Assembly: GCA_964022095.1 (NCBI GenBank)
Contig: CAXHZO010000010.1
Location: forward strand, 16,010 to 80,009
Reading direction: 5' to 3'
DNA from: an uncultured Arcobacteraceae bacterium
GTDB taxonomy: Bacteria > Campylobacterota > Campylobacteria > Campylobacterales > Arcobacteraceae
Length of the DNA: 64,000 nucleotides
The notes below the pieces were generated by a model. The model worked only from the letters and a program-made list of their open reading frames with translations. It had not been told where the DNA came from and did no database searches. The translations under genes and the position numbers were made by a program. Positions 1 to 10,489 of the stretch are shown here, one piece after another (the stretch's first letter is position 1; each line of letters begins with the position of its first letter).

Positions 1-391
1 AAAAACAATAATGAATATAAGTGAAAAAACAATAGAAAAACTAGAAAAATTATCAAAAGAAGGTGTGGTGATTTCTATTGATAATTTTGGAAAAGGTTTT
101 ACTTCTTATTCATATTTAAGAGATTGTTATATCTCAAAAATAAAAATTGACAAGTCATATATTGATTCATTAATAGATGAAAATAATAGTGATGAAGATA
201 TCGTCAAGTCTATACTTGACTTAGGTGAGAATATGAATATTTCTGTAATTGCTGAAGGTATTGAATTACCACAACAAGATGAGATCCTTAAAAAGAACCT
301 TTGTAAAAAAGTACAAGGGTATTATTATGCAAAACCAATGGAGAATGTAAAGTTTGAGAATTGGTATAAAGACTTAAACAGAAAGTTCTAG
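1..391 (+). CDS. EAL-domain protein, C-terminal part (starts upstream of the window)
   Basis: SIDNFGKG, KIKIDKSYI, VIAEGIE and QGYYYAKP motifs of EAL domains; the frame is open to the window edge; the canonical DDFG motif reads DNFG. Confidence 0.85.
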   Translation, partial: KTIMNISEKTIEKLEKLSKEGVVISIDNFGKGFTSYSYLRDCYISKIKIDKSYIDSLIDENNSDEDIVKSILDLGENMNISVIAEGIELPQQDEILKKNLCKKVQGYYYAKPMENVKFENWYKDLNRKF

Positions 392-462
392 TTTTATAAA
401 AGTACAATATAAGAAAAATAACTATAAAATGTTTATAAAACTATATTTATAGGCATAAAGAT

Positions 463-2901
463 TTGTTTAAAAATCCACTTTTATTAAAAATCATTTTAGT
501 GTTTACCCTACCAGCTGTTGGTATACTATTTTTTAGCACTAAATTAGTAATGGAGAAGCTAGATAATACTAAAGGTATAAACAGAACTATAGATAACGTT
601 ATGTACATGGATTACGCTCAAAGTTTAATACATTCACTTCAAAAAGAAAGAGGACTATCTGTTGTCTTCACGGAATCTAGAAAATTCTCAAAAAAACTAA
701 ATAATCAAAGAAAAATCACAAGTGAAAAATTCAATAAATTTTTAAGATATAGCAATACATTTATAAAAAAAAGTAATGAAAACTCCAACATTGAATTAAT
801 AATAAAAGATATACAAAATAATTTTTATATATTGGAAAAAATTAGAAGTAATATTGATAATGGGAGTATTGATTCTTATAAAGTATTAGATTTTTATTCA
901 AATTTAAATGACAAACTATTAAATTTAATTATGTCTTTAAAAACTATAAAGACAGCAACTAACTTTAATGAAGAGTTTAAAAATATTTACCATTTTTTAA
1001 TTTATAAAGAGTGTAGTGGGCTAGAAAGAGCTGCTATTTCAAAATTGATTTTAAATAAAAAATTAGATGCTAAACTACAAAAAAAGCTTGAAGAAATTGA
1101 TATTGTAAAGAAAATAAATATAAATTACTTCATGAATAATTCTACAGTAGAATTGCAAAACATATATAATACAAGTGAATCATATAAATTAAAAAATAAA
1201 TATGATAGCTACAAAAAAGATATCATTTCTAATATTGCTCACAATAATGTAAACGTTGATATAACTCAATGGTGGAATATTTCTACAAAAAAAGTAGATT
1301 TTTTAAATAATGCATACAATACAATGCTAAATAAACTTGATAATATAGCTCAAAGTGCCACAAAAAAAGCCTTTGTTGAACAAAATATAAGTGTATTTTA
1401 TCTGTTTATTTCATTTGTAACTTTAATTAGTTTATTTTTTTTATTAAAAAATATAATTTTAAATGAACAAGAAAGTTATGAAAAAATTGAAAAACAAAAA
1501 AGAGTTTATGAGCTATTAAATCAAACAAATAAACAACTACTAAAAAAATCAACAAAAAATGAATTATATGATGAAATTCATGAGATTATTTCACAAAATC
1601 CAAGTATGGTTTTTAGTTTTATTTATGATTTAGAAGAAGATGATAAACAAAATAGAATATATGGAAAAGATGGAGAGATAAAAGATATTTTAAAAGAGTC
1701 TTTAATCGGTGATTTGGAGAAACTTGATAATTTACTAACAAGAGCACTTCGATGGAAAACTAATGTTATAGTTAAAAACTTTAGAAAAACTAATATTTCT
1801 GTATTCTCTGATTATGGTAAAAAATATGGAATTAAATCAGCTGCATCTTTTCCTATTAAAAAGTTTGGTGAACAGGTTTCAGTACTTGTGATTTATTCAA
1901 ATGAATTAAATTTCTTTGATTATGAAGTTGAAATACTATTTGATCAGATGATTTTTGATGTAACACATTATTTAGAAAAATATGATTATGAAAAAATTAG
2001 AATTAAACAAGAAGAACAATTAAAAATAGCATCTGTTGCATTTGAATCAAACGAACCAATGCTTATTACAAATCAGAACATTGAGATAATTGAAGTTAAT
2101 CAAGCCTTCTGTAATGTTATGGGATATACAAAAAAAGAATTATTAGGTAGAAATCCTAATTTATTTAAGTCTCTGCATCAAAATAGAAATTACTATGACG
2201 ATATGTGGAGAGTTTTAGGTATAAATGATTTTTGGTCTGGAGAGATTTATAATAAAAAGTCTGATGATTCTATTATCCCTTTAAGACTTAGTATTACAGC
2301 TATTAGAAATAATGAAAACGAAATAATTAATTATCTTGGACAATATATTGATATTAGTGAGATAAAAGATAGAGAAGAGGTTTTAGAGTATCAAGCAACT
2401 CATGATAATCTTACTGGATTACCAAATAGACTACTTCTTTTAGATAGAATTGAACATGCTATTACAAAAGTGATTAGACATAAAAATGTTGGTGGATTGA
2501 TATTTATTGATTTAGATAATTTCAAAACTATAAATGACACTATGGGACATGATATTGGAGATATTTTACTTATTGAAGTTGCTAAAGCTCTTAGAAACGT
2601 TATTAGAAGTGAAGATACGGTTTCAAGAATTGGAGGAGATGAATTTATCGTTTTAACTGATTATATTGGTAAAGATAAAGATGAAGCTAAACAAAATATA
2701 AAAGTCCTAGCTCAAAAAATTAAACATGCATTAAACTCTATTGAGTATATAAATGGTTTTAAAAATATTTCAACTCCAAGTATTGGTATCACTTTATTTA
2801 CTGACTCATCAATAAGTGTAAAAGATATTATAAAACAAGCAGATACAGCTATGTATGCAGCTAAAAAACAGGGTAAAAACACCATAGAGTTTTTTAATTA
2901 A
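463..2901 (+). CDS. Membrane diguanylate cyclase (NIT-like sensor, GAF, PAS, GGDEF)
   Basis: N-terminal TM, LIHSLQKERG NIT-type motif, PAS, HDNLTGLPNR, FIDLDNFK, SRIGGDEF. Confidence 0.9.
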   Translation: MFKNPLLLKIILVFTLPAVGILFFSTKLVMEKLDNTKGINRTIDNVMYMDYAQSLIHSLQKERGLSVVFTESRKFSKKLNNQRKITSEKFNKFLRYSNTFIKKSNENSNIELIIKDIQNNFYILEKIRSNIDNGSIDSYKVLDFYSNLNDKLLNLIMSLKTIKTATNFNEEFKNIYHFLIYKECSGLERAAISKLILNKKLDAKLQKKLEEIDIVKKININYFMNNSTVELQNIYNTSESYKLKNKYDSYKKDIISNIAHNNVNVDITQWWNISTKKVDFLNNAYNTMLNKLDNIAQSATKKAFVEQNISVFYLFISFVTLISLFFLLKNIILNEQESYEKIEKQKRVYELLNQTNKQLLKKSTKNELYDEIHEIISQNPSMVFSFIYDLEEDDKQNRIYGKDGEIKDILKESLIGDLEKLDNLLTRALRWKTNVIVKNFRKTNISVFSDYGKKYGIKSAASFPIKKFGEQVSVLVIYSNELNFFDYEVEILFDQMIFDVTHYLEKYDYEKIRIKQEEQLKIASVAFESNEPMLITNQNIEIIEVNQAFCNVMGYTKKELLGRNPNLFKSLHQNRNYYDDMWRVLGINDFWSGEIYNKKSDDSIIPLRLSITAIRNNENEIINYLGQYIDISEIKDREEVLEYQATHDNLTGLPNRLLLLDRIEHAITKVIRHKNVGGLIFIDLDNFKTINDTMGHDIGDILLIEVAKALRNVIRSEDTVSRIGGDEFIVLTDYIGKDKDEAKQNIKVLAQKIKHALNSIEYINGFKNISTPSIGITLFTDSSISVKDIIKQADTAMYAAKKQGKNTIEFFN

Positions 2902-2948
2902 TAAAGTTTTAGATAAACTTCCAAAATTAAAAAAATTAAGGAATTATA

Positions 2949-3230
2949 ATGAAAAGCGCAACAGCAAGACATTTATTAGTAGAATCTGAAGATTTATGTG
3001 TAGAACTTAAAGAAAGAATCGCAAATGGAGAAAAGTTTGAAGATTTAGCAAAAGAGTATTCTCAGTGTCCATCTGGATCAAATGGTGGAGATTTAGGAAA
3101 CTTTTTCCAAGGTCAAATGGTACCAGAGTTTGATCAAGTTGTTTTCAATGATGAAATCAATGTAGTTCATGGACCAGTTAAAACTCAATTTGGTTTTCAC
3201 TTATTAGAAACTACATCAAGAAAAGACTAA
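2949..3230 (+). CDS. ppiC: Parvulin peptidyl-prolyl isomerase
   Basis: ARHLLV, SQCPSGSNGGDLG, GQMVPEFD, PVKTQFGFHL. Confidence 0.95.
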   Translation: MKSATARHLLVESEDLCVELKERIANGEKFEDLAKEYSQCPSGSNGGDLGNFFQGQMVPEFDQVVFNDEINVVHGPVKTQFGFHLLETTSRKD

Positions 3231-3581
3231 TTAGTCACACTCTTCATCCCATAAAATAGATATGCCATACTCTTTGTCAGTTATGGCGTATTTATGGTAC
3301 TCTTTTGTTCCAGCTCTTCCATGAAGTCTAACTTTTATTTGACCATCATTTAATAAGCTTCTAATCTCATTTGAACCAATACTTCGCTTATTGTATCTTA
3401 ACAGTGCATTTGAATATATTCTAAAAGTACAAGTAGAATCTGCAGTGAAAACAAACTGTTCACTATCGTCATACTCTTTTTTAGCATTTTCACAAGTGTA
3501 TAGTTTTATTTTTTTACCTCTTGCAACAGTTTTTCTTTCAATAACAGAACCATCACAATAAGGGCATTTGCCTAGTAACAT
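3231..3581 (-). CDS. Hypothetical zinc-ribbon protein resembling a stand-alone topoisomerase C-terminal repeat
   Basis: LGKCPYC...YTC...CTFRI pattern; SD AAGG upstream. Confidence 0.6.
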   Translation of the reverse strand: MLLGKCPYCDGSVIERKTVARGKKIKLYTCENAKKEYDDSEQFVFTADSTCTFRIYSNALLRYNKRSIGSNEIRSLLNDGQIKVRLHGRAGTKEYHKYAITDKEYGISILWDEECD

Positions 3582-3660
3582 TTATTACCTTTTTTGTTTT
3601 TGATTAATAAATTATATAAAATTTTTTAAAAAAGAGTAAAAAATATTACGATTTGAAATA

Positions 3661-4299
3661 TTAAGGTGCAAGTCTTTTTGATTCCCAGTCTCCATTTTTA
3701 TTTATTTCATATAAAAATCTATCATGTAATCTATCATCTCCACCTTGCCAGAATTCTATTTTAAGAGGTTTTATAAGATAACCACCCCAAAATGATGGAA
3801 AGGGTACTTCTCCATTTGCAAATTTATTTTTCATCTCATCAAATTTTTGCTCTAGTAAACTTCTTGAGCTAACTACTTCACTTTGGTGTGAAACCCAAGC
3901 GCCTATTTGACTACCTTTTGGTCGAGATAGAAAGTATTTTAAAGATTGTGCAGTTGAAATTTTTTCAATCGTTCCTTCTATTTTAACTTGTCGCTCTAGA
4001 GCTAACCAAGGAAATAAAACTGCTACTTGTGGATTTTGTTCTATTTGTTGTGCTTTTGTACTTTTGTAGTTTGTAAAAAATACAAAACCGTCTTCATCAA
4101 AGGTTTTTAAAAGCACTGTTCTAACACTTGGTAGCATGTCTTTACCAACAGTACACAGTGAAAAAGCATTTGGCTCAACAAGTTTTGCATTCATTGCATC
4201 ATTAAACCAATGTTCAAACTGTTTAAATGGATTTTTATCTAAATCATCTATTTCAAGATTTCTTGTAGTATATTTTCCTCTTAAAGCTGATAAATCCAT
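3661..4299 (-). CDS. pdxH: Pyridoxamine 5'-phosphate oxidase
   Basis: RTVLLK, FFTNYKSTK, ERQVKIEG, EFWQGGDDRLHDR. Confidence 0.96.
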   Translation of the reverse strand: MDLSALRGKYTTRNLEIDDLDKNPFKQFEHWFNDAMNAKLVEPNAFSLCTVGKDMLPSVRTVLLKTFDEDGFVFFTNYKSTKAQQIEQNPQVAVLFPWLALERQVKIEGTIEKISTAQSLKYFLSRPKGSQIGAWVSHQSEVVSSRSLLEQKFDEMKNKFANGEVPFPSFWGGYLIKPLKIEFWQGGDDRLHDRFLYEINKNGDWESKRLAP

Positions 4300-4350
4300 A
4301 ATAAGTCCTTTATTTTGCTATAGTTATATTTTAGCAAAATAAGGATTATT

Positions 4351-6033
4351 TCATTCCCCAAAAATGTTAAATAATATGATTTTCAAATCATCTTTCATTT
4401 GGTCATTTAACTCTTTTTCATTTGAGTATAAATAAAATGGTACAGTATTTCTCATAGAGTATTTTAATCTTTTTCTAAGAGTTGAGATTTCATCTAAATT
4501 TATTAATTCAATTCCATCATATAAATAAAACTCTTTTTCAATACCTAATCTAAAAGATACTGTTTGATAAGCAAAAAAAGTATTAGGAAGTTCATTTTCC
4601 CACTTTTTTATAAAACTATCTAATTCTTTTTGAAGTTTTTTTAATCTATTAGGAGTTATATAACCAAAGCTTTCTCTAAATTTATATCTCTCAATTGTTG
4701 TAAAGTTTAATACTTTATAAAATTCATTTAGATTTTTCCAAGGACTTCTAAATCTTCTTTTTCCAAACAAAACCTCTTCAAAGCAATACATATATTTGAT
4801 ATCTTCTTGGCTTAAGACTTTTTTATCTTTTATCTCAAAGTATTTATTTTTAAATAGTGAGATTAACCAGTTTTCATCAAGAAGTGATATTGTATCAAGC
4901 TCTTTTTGTTTGTTTTTATTTTGAAAACTCCAAAGCATTGATATATTTTCAGAAATTTTTTCACCCAATACTTGGTCATCAAAATATTTTGTTGAGAGGT
5001 ATTGCACTACATTTTCAAGTAAAGTATCAGTTTTTGCAATACCATGATTGAATATCACTTTTTTGTAAAGGTTAAATCTCATCTCAAGCATATGTTCAAT
5101 ATCAATTAAACTCATATCAAAGAAGCTTAATAAAAAGTTTTTATCTTTTTTCACCAACACTGATTGTTTAGTAATTCTTATATGATCATTTGGCCCTGTT
5201 ATATAACCACTTGCAAGCATATCTCTATTTATGTAATCTAATCTATCAGCATCAACTGTGCCATCTATAAAGCTATGTAATACTTTAAAGTCAAAGCCTT
5301 TGTATGTTTTTTCTTCAAGTATCAAAATAGCAAGTTCTTTTATTAGTTTTAAAAACTCTAAATCAGTATCTTTTTTTACTAAATCAAATAGCTCATACTC
5401 AAATAAAAGTTTTATATGCTCTTTCCCTATAGCTTCATGAAGTACATCTTTTCTATTATTTGTAATCTCATTATAGATACTTAAAAATTTTGCTTCTTTT
5501 TCACAAAGTGCTTTTAGCTTCTTTTCTTTTTGTTTTATTCTTTGATACACCTTTTCAAGTGCATACTCAACTTGGTGAGAAAATGGTAAATGTCCAACAT
5601 CATGAAGTAATCCTACAACTCTGATTGTTTGTAAAAAAATAGTATAAACAATTCTTTGCGATTTTGATCTTGTAGGTATTGTAAATTGATATAGTGCTTT
5701 GTTATCAAAATACTCCATATCATCTAAATCAATATTTATATTTTTTTCTTCAAGTAGTTTTTTTATAACTTTTTTTAATGATTTTAAAAAATCATCTTTT
5801 GTAGATTTATCAGCATTTAATAATGCATTTTTAAACATAAATGAGGCTAAGTGCATAGTCCCTAAACTATGAATAAACCTCTTGGTTGTAATTGATGGAT
5901 ACGAAAAATATGCAAGGGCATTTTGAGTAATAAATTGTAATCTATTTACAATCTTAGTTTGAAGAATTTTATCTTCAAGCTTTGTATACTCAATATGATT
6001 GTAAATAGTGTCGTTTATAAGTCTATTTTGTAT
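4351..6033 (-). CDS. HD-domain phosphohydrolase (SAMHD1/dNTP triphosphohydrolase-like); probable non-canonical ATA start
   Basis: The frame extends upstream of the ORF-track Met at 5856 through INDTIYNHIE...NRLQFITQ...RFIHSLG; also LLHDVGHLPFSH and DADRLDYINRD; AGGAG lies 6 nt before ATA at 6033. Confidence 0.8.
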   Translation of the reverse strand: MQNRLINDTIYNHIEYTKLEDKILQTKIVNRLQFITQNALAYFSYPSITTKRFIHSLGTMHLASFMFKNALLNADKSTKDDFLKSLKKVIKKLLEEKNINIDLDDMEYFDNKALYQFTIPTRSKSQRIVYTIFLQTIRVVGLLHDVGHLPFSHQVEYALEKVYQRIKQKEKKLKALCEKEAKFLSIYNEITNNRKDVLHEAIGKEHIKLLFEYELFDLVKKDTDLEFLKLIKELAILILEEKTYKGFDFKVLHSFIDGTVDADRLDYINRDMLASGYITGPNDHIRITKQSVLVKKDKNFLLSFFDMSLIDIEHMLEMRFNLYKKVIFNHGIAKTDTLLENVVQYLSTKYFDDQVLGEKISENISMLWSFQNKNKQKELDTISLLDENWLISLFKNKYFEIKDKKVLSQEDIKYMYCFEEVLFGKRRFRSPWKNLNEFYKVLNFTTIERYKFRESFGYITPNRLKKLQKELDSFIKKWENELPNTFFAYQTVSFRLGIEKEFYLYDGIELINLDEISTLRKRLKYSMRNTVPFYLYSNEKELNDQMKDDLKIILFNIFGE

Positions 6034-6042
6034 AATGTTCTC

Positions 6043-7419
6043 CTAATCTTTTCTTTTTTCAAATATTCTTTCTGTAAATTGTGCAAATTTACCTCTTACT
6101 GCTTTTTCAAGTTCAATTGCAAACATTTTTAGCTCAGGATGCTCATAGTTTGTTTGCTTTAAAAGTGTTGTTAAACCATTATTATATTTATTTAAATAAA
6201 GGTTATCAATTTGTCTATTTGAACCAATAACAACTCCCATACAACTCTCATCAAGCCTTGATAGTATTAGTTGTGTTGTTTTTTCACTACTATTTTGCCA
6301 CTCATCCATAATAACAATTGCACTAGATAGTGTTCTACCCCTTGCTTCTCCTGGCCATAATGTTTCAATACAATATTTAGATTCAAGCTCACTGATTTTT
6401 GATTCTATTGATTCTTGATTCTCTTTATTTTCACTTTTTTTTAGATGTTTTTTTGCAATAAACTCTAAAGTATCTTGTAATGCCATATTATAGATTCTAA
6501 ATTTTTCATCATTTCCTGCAAGATAACCAATATCTGCACCTTTATCAAGTGACTCAATAGAGTTTCTAACATAAACAATTTTATCATAATAACCTAAATC
6601 GATAAGCCTCATAGCACTAACAATTGACATAAGAGTTTTACCACTACCTGCTTTTGCATCAATTACTAGTAAATCATACATATTCGATAGTATTGCTTTT
6701 GTAAATAGTTTTTGTTTTAGGTTTACTGGCCTTACATTTAATGCTTTAAAATCATTTTCTTTTAATGTATCAATTCTTTTATCATGAATTATTGCATATT
6801 GTGTATTTCCATCGGCACTTAAAAATTCATAAGAAAAGTTTTGGAATTCATACTCTTCATCAATAGTTTTAATATCTTTATTATCTAAACTATTAAAAAT
6901 CGATGAGTCTAAATCAAATTGTTTTACAAAGTTAAACTTTGGAACTGTAGATTTATCATCATGAAGAGTTTCTGCTTTTATACTTTTAAAGAGTGCAAAA
7001 GTTCTAGCATAAACATCAAGTGATAAGAAAATTGTTTGAGAACCTTTATAGTAATCTCTTGCAATACTTGCAACTTCTATTATTCTTTTATCATTTGATT
7101 CAGAAATATGAATTTGTTCAATTTGAGTTTCATATGCATCTTTTGAAATAATATCAAGATTTATTTCATCATTAAAAAGTTTCACAACTTTAAAGCCAAG
7201 TTTATAATCTACTTCTTTAATTTTCATCTTTGCTAATAGTCTTGCAAACTCTCTTGAATAGTATCCTAGTTCATTAGTAAGTTTCTTTTTATCCTCTAAC
7301 TCAAGAAGAACTGTTTCAGGAATAACAATGTGATTAGTTTTATTGTCAGATATTCGATTTAGGTTTTGAAGATTTTGTAAGATGATATTTGTATCTACTA
7401 CATATACTTTTTCTTTCAT
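6043..7419 (-). CDS. PIN-PhoH (PhoH2/YlaK-like) protein
   Basis: N-terminal VVDTNI PIN motif, AGSGKT Walker A, RGRTL, MDEWQN, QID; start could be 7419 or 7434. Confidence 0.9.
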   Translation of the reverse strand: MKEKVYVVDTNIILQNLQNLNRISDNKTNHIVIPETVLLELEDKKKLTNELGYYSREFARLLAKMKIKEVDYKLGFKVVKLFNDEINLDIISKDAYETQIEQIHISESNDKRIIEVASIARDYYKGSQTIFLSLDVYARTFALFKSIKAETLHDDKSTVPKFNFVKQFDLDSSIFNSLDNKDIKTIDEEYEFQNFSYEFLSADGNTQYAIIHDKRIDTLKENDFKALNVRPVNLKQKLFTKAILSNMYDLLVIDAKAGSGKTLMSIVSAMRLIDLGYYDKIVYVRNSIESLDKGADIGYLAGNDEKFRIYNMALQDTLEFIAKKHLKKSENKENQESIESKISELESKYCIETLWPGEARGRTLSSAIVIMDEWQNSSEKTTQLILSRLDESCMGVVIGSNRQIDNLYLNKYNNGLTTLLKQTNYEHPELKMFAIELEKAVRGKFAQFTERIFEKRKD

Positions 7420-7512
7420 AAAAAATTGTATCATAACAATTGTTACAAATTAGATACAAGATAGTATATTTAATAGTCTATTAGATTTACTAAAAGACTT
7501 AGGATAAAAATC

Positions 7513-8022
7513 CTAAGCTTTTGCAAATTTTATTAATTGTTCAATCATATCCTCTGCCGCTTTTTCATTTAGAGGTTTTTCATATGTAGTTAATATTTCT
7601 CTTGCAAGTATATTTGCTCCTAAGTGTTGATACATAATTCTCATTGCTTGAAGACCCTTTTGACCTCCACCACCTGAGTGTGTTGCTAGAAGTACAATCT
7701 TGTGATTAAATGCATCTCTCCAATCTTTTGTAGATCTTGATGTCCAAGCCATTGCATTGTTTAATACAGGTGGCATTACCCCATTGTATTCAGGTGCAAT
7801 TATAATAAATGAATTTAGAGATAAAATTTTTTGTGCTAAATCTAATGCATTTTCTGGTATTCCATTTTTCTCTTCTTCTTTTGTACTATATAAAGGTAAC
7901 TCTAAATCCACTAAATCTATTAATTCTACATTTTCACAATGTTTTAAAGCTATCTCTTCAAGTTTCTTTCCTAGTTTTAAGTTATTAGTTGAACTTGAAA
8001 CTAAAATTCCTATTTTTGCCAT
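7513..8022 (-). CDS. NADPH-dependent FMN reductase
   Basis: PEYNGVMPPVLNNAMAW, SGGGG. Confidence 0.9.
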   Translation of the reverse strand: MAKIGILVSSSTNNLKLGKKLEEIALKHCENVELIDLVDLELPLYSTKEEEKNGIPENALDLAQKILSLNSFIIIAPEYNGVMPPVLNNAMAWTSRSTKDWRDAFNHKIVLLATHSGGGGQKGLQAMRIMYQHLGANILAREILTTYEKPLNEKAAEDMIEQLIKFAKA

Positions 8023-8172
8023 AATTTATTTCCTTTAATAATCTATAAAATAAGATAGATTATATCTTTTTTTTCTTTTATATTGTATAATATGAAATAA
8101 CAGTTTTTTTGAAGCAGAATTAAAACTAAAATTGCTATAATATGACCTTAAATAGGTAATAGGTGGGCTAAT

Positions 8173-10086
8173 ATGATTCAAGACAGAGAAAAACAATTAT
8201 TAAATATAATCAAATATACTCCAATGATGATAATAATTGTTATTGCTACCCTTTTTACATTATTTCTTTATTTTGAGAATAAAAAAACATTCAATTCACA
8301 AAAAGCAGAAATAGAAAAAAATTATGTTATTGATAATAAAATCAAAATAAAGACAGAAATAGAAAAGCTTGAAAAACTAATCTTACATAAACAAAAAAAT
8401 ACAATCAATAAATTAAAAGAAAATATAAAACAAAGAGTATATGAATCACATAGTATTGCAACAGGAATTTATAATACTTATAAAGATACAAAAACAAAAA
8501 AAGAAATACTTGAACTAATCAAAACAAGTTTAGGAGAAGTACGATTTAATAATGGAAGAGGGTATATTTTCATGGATGATGCACATGGGAATAAGATTCT
8601 TCATTCTGTTGATAAAAGTATCGAGAATAAAAACTTTTACAATTACACTGATCCAAAAGGTTATTATTTTTTTAGAACTATTGTTCAAACAATAAAAGAT
8701 AAAACTGAAAGATTTGATGAATACTATTGGTATAAGCCAAATACAAACAATAAAAAAATAGCAAAAAAAATCTCTTTTTATAAATATTTTGAACCTTTAA
8801 ATATGGCAATTGGCACAGGTGAATATATTGAAGATTTTGAAAAAACAGTCCAAAAAGAAATCTTAGAAACTATTGAAATCTCATCAACTAACCCTTCAAG
8901 TTATATATTTGTATTAAGTTATGATGGTAAATATTTATCTCACATAAAAAAAGAGTATATAAATAAAAATGCTTTTTATTCAAATGATACTACAGATAGT
9001 AAAAATGATGTTTCAAGTGTAATTACAATAGCAAAAAATGGCGGAGGCTATTACTCTTATATTCAAAATAAAAAACCTAATACAACTGTATCATCAAAGA
9101 AAGTTAGTTATGTAAAAAGTATAGATACTTGGCAGTGGGTAATAGGTACAGGTTTTTATGAAGATGATGTTTTAGGGAAAATATTAAATAAGAAAAAAGA
9201 GATTGATGATAAGTTTAATGAATACATAAATGACTTTTTAATCATTATTGTAGTTTTAACATTTATTTTATTAATTGCATCTATTTATGTTTCAAAAGTT
9301 TTAAAAGAGCTATTTTTTAATTATAAAGAACAACTTCACAAAAAACAAAATATGCTATTCCAGCAATCAAAAATGGCTGCAATGGGAGAAATGATAGGTA
9401 ATATAGCTCATCAATGGAGACAACCTTTATCTACTATTACAACAGCTTCAACTGGTATGAAACTACAAAAAGAATTAAATGGGGAATTAGATACTGAATT
9501 ATTTAATAACTCTGTTGATAAAATTAATGCATCAGCACAACATTTATCAAAAACAATTGATGATTTTAGAAACTTTTTTAGTCCTAACAAAAAAGAATCA
9601 AAGTTTTATTTAAAAGATATTTTTGCAACTACTTTGGATTTAGTATCTGCACAATTTAATGCAAAAGAAATAAAGATAATAAAACATATTGATAATGTTG
9701 AATTGTTTACTTATGAAAATGAGCTAATTCAAGCTTTAATAAATATTTTAAATAATGCAAGAGATGAATTAATTAAACTCCCAAGAGGTAAAGATAGACT
9801 AATATTTATTGATACTTCTTTAAATGATAACAATGGTACAACTATTGAAATTAAAGATAGTGCAGGAGGTATTGATAACTCAATTATGAATAAAATATTT
9901 GAACCATACTTCACAACTAAGCATAAAAGTAATGGTACAGGAATAGGTTTATATATGACTAAAGAGATTATTGTTAAGCATTTACAAGGGGAACTAGAAG
10001 TAGAGAATTGTGTGTATGAATATAATGGTAATATTTGTAATGGTGCATTATTTAGAATAAAAATAAAAAATATTGAAGATAAATAA
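8173..10086 (+). CDS. Cache-domain sensor histidine kinase
   Basis: Two TM segments, tandem sCache (GTGEY, GTGFY), IAHQWRQPL H-box, N/G1/F/G2 boxes. Confidence 0.92.
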   Translation: MIQDREKQLLNIIKYTPMMIIIVIATLFTLFLYFENKKTFNSQKAEIEKNYVIDNKIKIKTEIEKLEKLILHKQKNTINKLKENIKQRVYESHSIATGIYNTYKDTKTKKEILELIKTSLGEVRFNNGRGYIFMDDAHGNKILHSVDKSIENKNFYNYTDPKGYYFFRTIVQTIKDKTERFDEYYWYKPNTNNKKIAKKISFYKYFEPLNMAIGTGEYIEDFEKTVQKEILETIEISSTNPSSYIFVLSYDGKYLSHIKKEYINKNAFYSNDTTDSKNDVSSVITIAKNGGGYYSYIQNKKPNTTVSSKKVSYVKSIDTWQWVIGTGFYEDDVLGKILNKKKEIDDKFNEYINDFLIIIVVLTFILLIASIYVSKVLKELFFNYKEQLHKKQNMLFQQSKMAAMGEMIGNIAHQWRQPLSTITTASTGMKLQKELNGELDTELFNNSVDKINASAQHLSKTIDDFRNFFSPNKKESKFYLKDIFATTLDLVSAQFNAKEIKIIKHIDNVELFTYENELIQALINILNNARDELIKLPRGKDRLIFIDTSLNDNNGTTIEIKDSAGGIDNSIMNKIFEPYFTTKHKSNGTGIGLYMTKEIIVKHLQGELEVENCVYEYNGNICNGALFRIKIKNIEDK

Positions 10087-10130
10087 AATATAAGTGATAT
10101 AAAATAAAAAGTATTTAAGGGGATTTGTAA

Positions 10131-10152
10131 ATACATGGTGCGAATGGTGAGA
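10131..10152 (+). repeat. att site (duplicated tRNA-Leu 3' end), left boundary of element 1
   Basis: Identical to 18108-18129. Confidence 0.95.
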
Positions 10153-10489
10153 TTTTTAAAAATAAATTTTAAAAACCATAGAACACCATAAAAAAGGACT
10201 TCTTGAAAAATAAAAAAACTAAGAGTTAGTATATTATAGTTATTTTTTGTACAGTCTTATCACAAATTTGATACTTACTATTAATTAAATTTTTTTTGAA
10301 TTAAAAAAATATTATAAACTTAATGTAATCAAGATAATAATTAGTTATTGTAATAAAAATAGTTACATATAACTTTACTAAAATTCACTTAATAAAAATA
10401 CTACTTAACTATATTTCATTATTTTTAAATAACTAATTTTTAATTTTTAAAATAATACAATGGTATTTATATAATCTATTGGAGAATAA

